Shown one piece after another: positions 37,335 through 48,053 of a stretch of DNA of 64,000 nucleotides. The first letter of the stretch is position 1. Each line of letters opens with the position of its first letter. Location of the stretch: the NCBI GenBank assembly GCA_964255285.1, contig CAXUUL010000018.1, positions 1-64,000 of the forward strand. Reading direction: 5' to 3'. Made by a program: the position numbers and the translations under genes. The notes beneath the pieces were generated by a model. That model was not told where the DNA came from, searched no databases, and saw only the letters and a list, made by a program, of their open reading frames with translations. The DNA comes from Ionaspis alba. Its lineage: Eukaryota.

Positions 37335-38926
37335 ATGATGTTCGACCACAAAGCAAAACAACTTCATAACGATGAACTCTTAAAGACACAACCATCTGGA
37401 AGCGACACACCCACCATGGTCAAGGACAACCCTCTCATGCCGTCACCGGCTACAGCCAAACACTGGATGAAGAAGTATCGTACAGAAGTTGCTGCTAGTA
37501 CAAGCACTGTTTTTTCCACTCTGATTCCTGTAAGTGCATAGCTTCATGAGGTCTACAGACTCTCATGGGGTGAGACCGAGACCGACTCTTTTTTCCTGTC
37601 TGCAGATTAGAGACTGATAATTTGCACAGTTTCCTCTTGATACCATAAAAACAAACATGCAAAGGTTAGATTGTCCGGATCCCCAATATAGCTACTGTGG
37701 TCTAACGCGATAACAGTTCCGACGACAAGTTCCGTGTTTGTGCTATGAAGATCTATAGAGGCAAGGGATGGCAGGGTTTCTATCCAGGTATGTTGCCAAT
37801 GTAATTGGGCCCTTTCTCCTACATCGCAAACCAGAGGGCTTGTGACCTAGCATCCGGCGCTAGTCGTCGATCGTGCTACCGCACCACCAAAAACAAGTCT
37901 CTCTGCTCGTCATCCTCGACCAATGCGTATATATATGATGGGCTAATGCATTTTGTTTCTCGGCGTTAGGCGTTCTTGTTCCTCTTTTCAGTGTGACTCT
38001 GGTACGCACTGTGACGTTCTCAACCTACCAGAAAGTGAAGTACAAGATGTCTTCGATGATTGGCCGCGCAACGGGCCAGGAGGAGCCTCTTATCACTGTC
38101 AATCGCCCTGGTAGCCTTCCCACGGCAGCAACGATTGCTTGTTTCACGACAGCTGGTGCTGCAGGAGGCTTTGTCGGCTCGTTCTTTGCCTGTATGTCTT
38201 TCCAGTTACTAAAATCGAGCAATGCTGATAGCTTTTAGGTCCTTTCGAGTTGACCAAAGCAACCGCTCAAATGGCAACACAAATGGCCAAGGACAGTGTT
38301 TCAGGCGAAGCTGGAATGGCTGCACGCAGTTACCAGAACAAGGGAACTCTAGCTACCGCTCGTGAGATTCTGAAGACGCGTGGGAAATGGGGTTTGTATA
38401 CTGGTCTGCGATATCACATTGGTAAGCAGAAGGTCGTTGTAGATCTCGTTATGACTCTATACTGACGGATGCCATATAGTACGGGATACCATAGGAAGCG
38501 CCATCTTTTTCCCAACTTACGAAAGCACCAAACAACTACTCGTCAAGTACCAAGGCAAGTCTTCGCCTACATCTCCCAGTGCAGTTGCTGTGGCTGGTGG
38601 CTTATGCGGTGTGGTTTCCTGGGTCATTGTAAGTTCAATCCCAATCCGCTACTACTTCAAGTCGTTTGGCTGGCACATTGAACTGAAAAAACAATATCTA
38701 GACCTATCCTCTGGATACAGCCAAGACCAACTTTCAGAGGAATTGTGTCATGACGCCACACGGCAAACCTTTTTCGAGACCATCATTTGGCTACTGGGAA
38801 GTCAAACAATATCGCGGCTTGGCGGTATCTCTCAGTCGAACTTGTCTCACCAACATCGTCTTCTTTTCTTGTTTCGAGTTTGCAAAGAAGCGTATCAACA
38901 GCTTAGAGGATCCTATTGCCAAGTAG
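37335..38926 (+). CDS. Mitochondrial carrier (SLC25) family protein, multi-exon
   Basis: Three carrier-signature repeats FPLDTIK, PFELTK and YPLDTAK; GFYPG; RDTIGSAIFFPTYE; ends AKKRINSLEDPIAK*. An alternative strong-context ATG lies at 37416. Confidence 0.92.
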
Positions 38927-39449
38927 CATTAGATTCATATGCTGTTCTTCTTGTACATATGGGACTACTTCTTTGTTAGCATCTGAGCTAGGCGCAGCAT
39001 TGATCGGCGTGAGTTTTGCTCGTGGATGGGTCCAGAGCAAGGATATTATGAGCAGATGGAGGGCAGCATTCAAACGATCATGCATTGTGACGTTTGACGT
39101 TAGGAGTAGTCTATGGGAACTTGTGACCAGAAAGAACTACACGATGCAGTATGTCCATCAAGTGAGCTTGGTTAATTACGGTCAAAGTGCATCTGTAAGC
39201 TCATCAATCAACTCATAACGATTGTCGTTAAGGATTGATCCCGTGTAGATAATGTTTGCGTCACTGATCCGGGTATCGACGGATCCAGCCCTAACCGCTT
39301 TTGCTTCGTATGCTAGTATCAAGAGCTTCTTGGCATCTGATATTTCTTGCAATAACAACCGTCGTTGTAATATTACTCAAGAAGGTCGCCCTCAAGTCTA
39401 AGGCTAGAAATAACAGGTCTCGGTTGTCTGAAACTACACTCACAGTATC

Positions 39450-40990
39450 ATGGCAGATCCAGAAAAACCTGTATGTTGCTGCCTAGCTATCCGCATTCCC
39501 AAATCTAAATGATGGTTAGAGGGTTGAGAGGCCTCCTGAGTCTCCGACGACAGCTCGAGAGCTCGACTTCGATGACGATGATCCATCAGTATCGCCCAAG
39601 CCAGCCAAATCTGGCAATGGAATTGATACAGAACATATTGTTCCTAACTCGACAGCGGAGCGGGAAGCCCCACCTCCGCAGCCCCCACGTCCGTTGAGCC
39701 CTCGGCGACAGGCGGAGAATACTTTGAAAGAGGCATTTCCTGGCATCGAAGCGCCTGTAGTGAGAGCAGTCTTGACTGCGAGCGGTGGACAATTGGAGCC
39801 TGCATTCAATGCTCTTCTAGGTTTGGGCCATCACCCAACGGCAATTCAAGCAATCTCTGATGACTTTTAGAAATGTCCGACCCTAGCTCTGTGCAAGAAC
39901 CTGCTCCACCCCCCCAACCACCTAGACCAGTCCAATCTCCCAGACTTCATGAAGCCGGCCGTGGTTCACAGAGTCAGCTTGAGGCGGACGAGCTTTATGC
40001 CAGGCAACTTGCAGAACATTACAACAGGCCAGCCGACTATGGCGATCGTACAAGAGGCACATCCTACAATACCCGCAGTCAGGCTCCACACCTGGCACGA
40101 CCGAAGAAAGAGACTGGATTGAAGCCCAATGAGCTGTACGACGACCGAGAGCACAGCTTCCTCGACGGTCTATCTAATCCGCTGTCATACATGTGGACTT
40201 CGCTGACACCTGTTCAGACGACCTACCCATCATTCGAGACAACATCCGGAAAGGTTTCCTCGAGACCCAGTCAAAGGTCAATAGTTTTATCACCAATCTC
40301 AAGAAGAAGATAGATGGTGAGGATGAGGAAGAGTTTCAGTCTCCGCCACGTCGCGCTGCTACTGGCTACCGGGCGAGCTCTCCTCAACAGCCATATACTG
40401 GGAGGCGCAGTGGTGATATGGGACGCCGAAGTGGAGATCGAGAAAGATACGATGCAGATCCACAGGTGCTTGGGGATGATTTTGCTGGCCTCCAGATGCG
40501 TGATGAGACTGGTAAGCGTTTGTTGCCTGCTTCGGTCTTCCAGTAGCTAAGAAGATGAGCACCTCGCCGGTCAAGACCATTAGCGAATCCTGATCTCTTC
40601 AAACCTACACCACAAGCACCCTCTTCAGGACGACGAGTTTCCTTCCAAGATGGTCCCCCAGACGAAACTGGAGACCTCCACGGCGGACCTGATCCAACAA
40701 ATCGACCCGCTTCGAGTGCAAGCAAGAGCAAATGGCAACCATTGGCGGCAGTAGAGCCACATCCAGTATCAGATCATGATCCTTTCAGCCTTGGCGACAG
40801 TGATGACGAAGAAGCGAAGAAGACTGACGTTAAAGCGGGCGACACCGAGCGATTGAGGGAAGCAGCCGCGGAGGCTATGGCAGATCATTTGGGATCGGCG
40901 GATAAGAAGGATTTGCAACCCCATGAGAAAGTGGGCAGCTCTGGGACAGGGAACAAGGAGGCAGAAGAGAAGTTAACGGCAGATTCTTGA
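39450..40990 (+). CDS. cue5: CUE-domain ubiquitin-binding protein (Cue5-like), multi-exon
   Basis: TLKEAFPGIEAPVVRAVLTASGGQLEPAFNALLEMSDP; QLEADELYARQLAEH; DDLPIIRDNIRKGFLETQSKVNSFITNLKKKIDG. Confidence 0.9.
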
Positions 40991-41171
40991 TATATCTGAT
41001 GATGACGGACTGCAAGTGTAAATACTAGTCATGTAATCACTGACTTAGTATGCCGCCGTATGTTCATAATTCCCATGCCATGTGTGGAACTCATGAATGG
41101 ATGGATTATCCATCTGGGTATCATGCTCCCGCAATCCATAACGCCTGCTTATTCGTAATCCTTGGTCCAAA

Positions 41172-41519
41172 TTAATCTGAGCCTGCAGCCCCTTTCGCGT
41201 GTTTTTCCTTCTCCTTCCTAAGTTCCTTGATCACAGTCTGCCAACTCCATTAGATCTCACCAGACTGTTCCTCGCTCCTGATCATAAGAAGACATACTGC
41301 CAAGGCTTCCGGATTGACACCGTTCTCAATCAGTGAAATACTGATAGATAGTTGCGTCCGATTGAGGTTCGTATTCTGTACATTTGAGTCCGAATAAGCT
41401 TCATAGCAGTGAGCTTGCTGGGTGAGGAGTTTCACCAGAAGAAATGCGATTTCTTGCAAAATATCTATCACTTCTCGCGCTGCTTCGCGCTTCTGTTGAA
41501 TCTGTTCTGCGCTCGGCAT
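41172..41519 (-). CDS. mzt1: Mitotic-spindle organizing protein Mzt1/MOZART1, 3 exons
   Basis: AAREVIDILQEIAFLL/NTNLNRTQLSISISLIENGVNPEALA/TVIKELR; stop TAA at 41172. Confidence 0.95.
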
Positions 41520-41612
41520 TGTATGAGAAACAATCAGTTTGAACAGGTGCTTAGACTAGGGCCGAAGCGGTGACTGCACGTCTCTCGTGCTGACGACCAC
41601 TAGAAGTCACCA

Positions 41613-41619
41613 TGTTTAC
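41613..41619 (-). promoter_or_regulatory. Forkhead site ~95 nt upstream of mzt1
   Basis: TGTTTAC on the plus strand (GTAAACA on the mzt1 sense strand) in the 276-bp divergent gap. Confidence 0.45.
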
Positions 41620-41795
41620 AAGCACTCACGGATCTGGCTTGGCGCGACCCGCCGCCAGAAAGGGCGCATCCTCACAACAGACGCCACCGTTACGCCACAT
41701 TCTACCACCCATGTTTCGTGAAGAATGACCTACAGACATCCATTACTCACGATATATATGTCGCAACTCTTCCTCTCCCCACGTCGAACACCCTA

Positions 41796-44099
41796 ATGAG
41801 CCACTATATCTCGTCTTTTCTCATCGAACCAGTTGTGCGACAAGCTCGACGATTTTCTCGACCTGCTACCGAGGAGAGCCCTGCCTTTGCTCCGCAACAG
41901 GACACAAGCAATGGCCAGGAAACGATCCACTCTCGGGAGGCCGTGTCCCAGGTTGGTGAACATTCGGATGGCGTGAGTGAGGAAAGTGGTGATGGATCAC
42001 TGACCGCTCATGTCGAGGCCGCATTGCGCATTCCCGCCCCTCAAACCGCTGTCAGTTCGGAACCAGAGCCTCGAGACCTTCAATCGAGCGAAGTTGAAGA
42101 TGCCGGCTTATCTCAGCCTGCTAGAACACCTCCGACGAGGTCCAGAGGAAATACAGACCAGTCCATGGAGGACGCAATGTCTAGTAACCCACTGGTCGGG
42201 ATTCAGGACCGTTTAAGCTCCAACAATACCTCCTTATCAAGCTCCATACATGAAGCCGGGCAAGGCGCAAATCGTTCACGTGGCAATAATGTACATAATG
42301 GCTCCTTGCCCGCTGATGATGGTATGGGCGTCATGCGGAAACGCATTATTGAGATTCAGATGATGAATTCATCGAATCGTGAGAAATCACGGCTTATTCA
42401 TGAATTGATGACGGAGCAATATAGCTCTTCCCAAACGAGCCTTGCCGCGGTCAGTCATATACGACCCCGTTCGCCGGCCAGTATGACAAGCTGTGACCGG
42501 CCCTACACACCTAGCTCTGGTGGCTATTCCGTCGGTGACACTATGCACGCTACCTCACCACCAACTTCTCCATCATCTCCTGAGGCAGATACTCGCGATG
42601 ACTATCAAGTCACACCGGACGACCTTATCCCGACATACTATTCTAAACCTAACCCTCCTCTTCCTAAGGGGGAGACTGACATCTCGAGATCTAGAACCAG
42701 CTCCCTTGGACCCTCTGATGAAGACAAACATCTTGGGTGCAAGCACTATAGGCGCAACGTCAAACTTCAGTGCTCTGCGTGTAATCGATGGTACACATGT
42801 CGATTTTGTCATGACGAAGTTGAAGACCACTCCCTCAATAGGCGTGCGACAAAGCATATGCTGTGCATGCTTTGTGGCTGTGCTCAGCCTGCTTCCGAAG
42901 AATGTAGAGACTGCGGAGAGCGAGGTGCTTGGTACTATTGTAACGTGTGTAAGTTGTGGGATGACGATCCTGAGAGAAGCATATATCACTGCAATGATTG
43001 TGGAATTTGCAGGGTCGGGCAAGGGCTGGGAAAGGATTTCTATCATTGCAAGGTGATACTACTAAATGAGAGATATTCAAACTTCTGCACTGACACTGGA
43101 TATAGACGTGCTGTGTGTGCTTGTCGATATCCATTCGAGACACGCATCGATGTATCGAAAGGTCGACTGACTGCGATTGTCCAATTTGCGGCGAGTATAT
43201 GTTCACGTCCCCACAGACTGTGGTCTTCATGCCTTGTGGCCATAGCATTCACCATCTCTGCTATTACGAACACATGAAGAATTCCTACAGATGCCCAATA
43301 TGCAGTAAGAGTATGATCAACATGGAAATGCAATTCCAACAGCTCGATCGTGCGATCGAGACTCAGCCCATGCCACCTCAGTTCGAGGACACCAAAGCGT
43401 GGGTTTACTGCAACGATTGCTGGGCAAAGACATCTGTGAAGTATCACTGGCTTGGGCTCAAGTGCGCTGTGTAGGTAGTACCACATACACTCTTTGGCCT
43501 CCAGCACGCTAAAGAATGTGCGATCTAGATGTGACTCCTACAACACTGCCCAGATCTCGATCTCGAGCGGTTCGGCCTCACATAGCCGTGCAGTTGCAAC
43601 GGATCCAGCTGAAAGTCCGCCTCCTCAAGAGGCTGATGTTCTTATACCCGAGGGAGTGCAGACTTTCTCCCGCGGCCGCTCCATACATACCGGCAACATC
43701 ACTCGCCGCCCCGCCCTTTCAGCTCCAGGCGTAGACAATACTCGTCAGTCCTCACGCTCTATACCTCATCCACGCAGCGCTCGTTCAACGTCCATCACCG
43801 CTATGAATCGCTTCGCTCTCCCCGAAAGTGCAGATGTTAGCTCTGAAGATGAGGATCCGACGGAAGACGAGGAGGACGACGTCGATTTCTGGGGCGGACA
43901 GAGTCCAAGAGAAAGGATGACACTGGAGAGGACGAGAAAAAGGCGCGATGATGCTGAAGATGATGGCGATGAGCTTATGGATGACGAATTGGAGGATAGC
44001 GAGGATGAAGATGAAGAAGAAGATGATGAGCAGGGACAAGAGGACGAGGATGATGATGATGCGGATGAAGACCACATGGAAGTCTTTGGGCATCGCTGA
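41796..44099 (+). CDS. CHY zinc finger / RING-H2 E3 ubiquitin ligase (Pirh2/RCHY1-like), 3 exons
   Basis: LGCKHYRRNVKLQCSAC..CRFCHD (CHY); CTCHY; CPICGEYMF..CGHSIHHLC..YRCPIC (RING); CNDC..YHWLGLKC..CDSYNT; acidic tail. Confidence 0.95.
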
Positions 44100-44341
44100 G
44101 GTTTTGGATAAAGCTTGGACAAAGGCAATGAATTCTTCACACCGGCAACGATGGCGTTAGGCAGGCATGGTAAATATACCCTACAGCTCCAGTGTCCAAA
44201 AAGGCTGATCCAATTCTGATATCTGTCGAGTCATCGTGTATTTCAACTAAATATGCCAGAGAACGCGAACTAATAGCTGTCGCAATTACAATCACAACCG
44301 CCACCCCCACTGTAAACATCTACAGCAAAAGCGCCTCCATA

Positions 44342-45064
44342 TCATGAATCTATGCCGCCCGCTGGGCTGGAATGTGAGCCAGATCCTTTTCGGCTCGCGA
44401 ATACCCTCTTTAACCACTTTCTCTTCCTTCCCTTTCCCTTTCCCCTGCCCTTCTCACTCCCCTCATTCTCCTTCTCTTTCCCCTTTCCCTTGCCCATCCC
44501 CTTCCGACAGTCATCCAGTCCCGCAATCACCTCCTGGTAAGTACCCACTCGCCGACCAGGCAGCAATCTCCCCCCATTCTCCATCTTGGGGCCTTTATCA
44601 CCACCCCCCGCTGAGAAATCAGCCGATGTGGCTGCCGGCAGCCCTCCCCGCGGGATCCTCTCAATGTCCAGCTCTGGACATTCGGACGCAATGAGCGAGG
44701 TCAGCGTCCAAAGCGGCGGGCGAGAGTGCATTCGTGGCTCTTCTAAAGCCGGTCGGTCCTCAGGTTTCCCACCCAGGACGGGCGGGCCAGCGGCTGCGGA
44801 AGCGGAGGAATGCGAAGGCAAAGAGCTGATCCCAGGCCCAGATGACGCAGAAGGTGAAGCCTTCCCGTCTTCCGAGCGAGGAACACCACTTCCAGGTGTC
44901 GTGGGTGTGTCTTGGCCACCCGCCGAGTTCGGAGTCGCGGGAGGGGAGGGGGGAGCGGTTGCAGATGCTGCCTTGGTCGAAAGAGATGGTAGGAGGGATT
45001 TGTGCGTTATTTGGTAGAAGGTTATTGGGTTTGAGGATGACGGGGCAGAAGTGGAAGGAGACAT
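44342..45064 (-). CDS. Orphan low-complexity basic protein
   Basis: GC-rich open frame from ATG 45064 with short structured-looking blocks (ITFYQITH, PPLWTLTSLIASECP, TYQEVIAGLDDC) and an NLS-like RKRKWLKR. Confidence 0.5.
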   Translation of the reverse strand: MSPSTSAPSSSNPITFYQITHKSLLPSLSTKAASATAPPSPPATPNSAGGQDTPTTPGSGVPRSEDGKASPSASSGPGISSLPSHSSASAAAGPPVLGGKPEDRPALEEPRMHSRPPLWTLTSLIASECPELDIERIPRGGLPAATSADFSAGGGDKGPKMENGGRLLPGRRVGTYQEVIAGLDDCRKGMGKGKGKEKENEGSEKGRGKGKGRKRKWLKRVFASRKGSGSHSSPAGGIDS

Positions 45065-46455
45065 TCTGGTTGGGGTGAGTGGTGAGAATTTTGTGGTGGA
45101 TAGTGGATAGGAGAGATTGGACTGTGAGGTGGTATTCGAAGTGGGTGGTCGGGTGAAATGGCAGACTGTGTGCTGTCTTCGGTGTGATGGGTCTAACAGA
45201 GGGTCGATGTGGTTGTCCTTTCGATGAAGATGGATTTGTGCGTTGAAGGTGCAGATTGATTGCTGGTTGGGTTTGATTCGGGAGGAGAGACACTGAGATC
45301 TATATATCTGGGCTCGAGTGGTCAGTGCATTTGTTCTCGTGATGCAGAATCTGCGATAATGGATTTGTTGAGAAAGGTTATTTGCATGGCTTCGGCCATT
45401 TGTGGTCTTGAAAGTTTGTTTCGGATTACCGAGCCAAAGTATGATCTTTACAATTCTCTTACAGCTTTGGAGATCGCAGCACTGGAAAGAACACATGTTG
45501 AAGACAGCCATTGTCTCGGCCAGAACTAAGGTCTTGGTGGTTGCGGAGATACCACAAAATCGGAAAGACCCATCACGGACGTGGACTATACCGTGGTTCG
45601 GGGTAATGGCAATAAGTGTATGAGTGAGCCACCCGGTACTTCGAGGTTGACCCAAAGCTTCATCGATAAGGCAAACCCTAATTGAGCCTCGAAAGCCCTC
45701 GGCTGCCCGATTTCCTGACAACCTTCTTTGGCAACTGGAAGGGTACTCAATCTTAGGGTTCTGGAGTGCTTGCATCGTTTATATGCTTTATCAGGGCTTA
45801 GGGAAGCCGCGATTCGTTGACCTTTCCGAAAGGATAAAGTGCTTCGTTTCATGCTTGAGCCAAAGTAATCGCCACTGGCATGAGCTAGTTTTCGCAAGGT
45901 CCAGGCTTTCCCTTTTGTCCTGAAAGGTGAACTTTTCCTGTCGCCAGCTTCTATGCCTTACTTCTCTAGAGAGTCCACTACGTGTTCATCGCGGAGATTT
46001 AGGCATACACAAACACTATCCTGGATAGCTCTAGGTTGGATCAGGACCGAGGTGTCTCTAGTAGTAGAAGGCCTGTGGAACCCAAATTAGAGGCATATCC
46101 TTGAGACGAGCAATGGCAGCTTTGATGGTGCGGGTAAAATAGCTTGAATGAGCTCCTATCTTCAGACGAGGCATTTCAAATCTACTGCTCTGCAGGTTGA
46201 CACGAAGGAGAGGGTGACTGCCAGAAGAATTCGTCTCATTGATCATGTGAAGACATTTGGAGCATGAGGCTTCAGTTACAGCATACTAACAGTTCTAGAA
46301 AAGGGATCATATATAGAATTGCCTAGGTATTGGTACCTACAAGTAGTACAAAGAATTCTTGATATCCGTGGGGTATCACGCTGGATCAAAACAAGATGAA
46401 ACGCCCTCCAATCGCAAAGAACGCCGTGATTTACAATCCCAGAAAATAGACAATA

Positions 46456-47403
46456 TCACGAGGGCACAACCAAAAATCCTGCCGCATCCGACTTTCCCGG
46501 CTCCGCAACCTTTGCCCCAGCGCCCTCACCGGCGCTGGCCTTCCCCTCGACCTCATCGGCAAACGAGACCTTCCGTACCGGTTTTGAGGCGTCAGAGGGG
46601 CTTGAGGGTTTCGGCGGCTTGCCGACCACCGCCTCCTCCGTCACCCAGAATCTGACAGGCGGCGGCCCCTGGTCTGCCCAGTACATTTGGCACAGCTGCA
46701 GGATTTTCGGCTCTACGTGTTGGTAGACCACCATATCCCGCGGCTGTAGGACAATTGCCAGTACCATGGTCTCGTCACCGGCTAGGGCCTCATCTTCGCT
46801 TGTCGAGCACAGGGCGATGTGCGGGCACGTGAAATTGGAGTCCCAGAAGATGTCCCCTGCTTGTTTGAGGACTTTGCTCACGTGCCCGCTCCAGCGATTG
46901 TGCCCAGTGACTTTCCAGAGGCGGGGAGCTGCAGAGCCGTTTCCTGGAAGGACGCTCTGGACGAGGCGGGACGGGCGGGAGGCGAGGCTGTCACCGGTCT
47001 TCTCGGACTCGAGGGATGTCGTCCTCGAAGAGGTGGTTGCCGCAGTCGACCACGTGTCAGCTGTGACCGTGCTGATGCAACCAAGGGAATCGTCCCTTCG
47101 GTGGAGGTGGGAGAAGGATCTGGCTCGGAAGGAGTCCTCCTTCGTTGCTTCCGAGCCAGGTCCTCGAACGGTCGTCGTCGGCGAGAGACAGTTCTTGTCC
47201 GACGAGCGCAGAGAAGAGGACGTCGAAGAGCGGAGGGAAGGTTGGGCCGCGGAAGTCGCGGGAATTTGAGCTGCTGACTCCGCAGCGGAGGATTGGTGTG
47301 TTGTCGACTCAACGTCGACAGGGCGATTCAACGTAGGTGTACGTTGGGAGCTCTCTCCTTTCGAGCGAGAAAAGAAGCGGGACACGCTGGAAAGGGCAGG
47401 CAT
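46456..47403 (-). CDS. Orphan protein with Ser-rich N-terminus and a compact C-terminal domain
   Basis: 315-codon frame from ATG 47403; globular-looking segment LWKVTGHNRWSGHVSKVL...VLAIVLQP...VRFWVTE; RKVSF (PP1 RVxF-like) near the end. Confidence 0.6.
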   Translation of the reverse strand: MPALSSVSRFFSRSKGESSQRTPTLNRPVDVESTTHQSSAAESAAQIPATSAAQPSLRSSTSSSLRSSDKNCLSPTTTVRGPGSEATKEDSFRARSFSHLHRRDDSLGCISTVTADTWSTAATTSSRTTSLESEKTGDSLASRPSRLVQSVLPGNGSAAPRLWKVTGHNRWSGHVSKVLKQAGDIFWDSNFTCPHIALCSTSEDEALAGDETMVLAIVLQPRDMVVYQHVEPKILQLCQMYWADQGPPPVRFWVTEEAVVGKPPKPSSPSDASKPVRKVSFADEVEGKASAGEGAGAKVAEPGKSDAAGFLVVPS

Positions 47404-48053
47404 GATGGTCTTTGGTGTGGAAAGGGAAAGGACGAAAGTAGAGGCAGAAATGGTTCGGAATAAGTATGGAAGGGTAGGATTTGTGCGATGGCTCTTCTGG
47501 TGGAGTTGCTCTTTAAATTGGAAGGAAGATGATGAAAGTTGATGATCTCTACAATGGGGATGGGGCTCATATATATACTGTCCCCTCGATGGCTGGACTT
47601 GCTCGAACAATCACCATGGGCGTCTGAATGCCCAAAACAGCAGGGTAAGAATGGCGCAAAAATTGTACCAGACAATACAGTCCCCACTGAGGCAAACTCG
47701 AAAGACCAAAACAGTACTTAGCTTTATCACAATTAATTTACCGACAGCGGAGTTCAGACTAGAGAGGTAGCCAAGACTTGCAAACTGCGGTAGGTCGTAA
47801 CACTTTCCACGGACTCAAGACTGCGCTGCAGTGAGAAATGGTCTACCAGATGGGTTACGACCCGCAAGGATTTCAATATTCTTGGACGCGTGGAGAAGAA
47901 TGTACTGGAACCAGAACACCCCTACACAGTGAACCACCGGCCGCGCGACGCATCTCTTCTACTGGCTCAAATAGCTTCACAACTCATCACCATTCGTGGC
48001 TTCGAGGAAGTATAGCGAGCTAGGTTTGACCCACATTTCCTTTCTCGATGATC

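Noticed and set aside
45065..45775. N-terminal half of the 477-aa ORF 44342..45775
   Set aside because: Non-ATG start and a translation that does not look protein-like; composition changes near ATG 45064, so this is probably leader or promoter.
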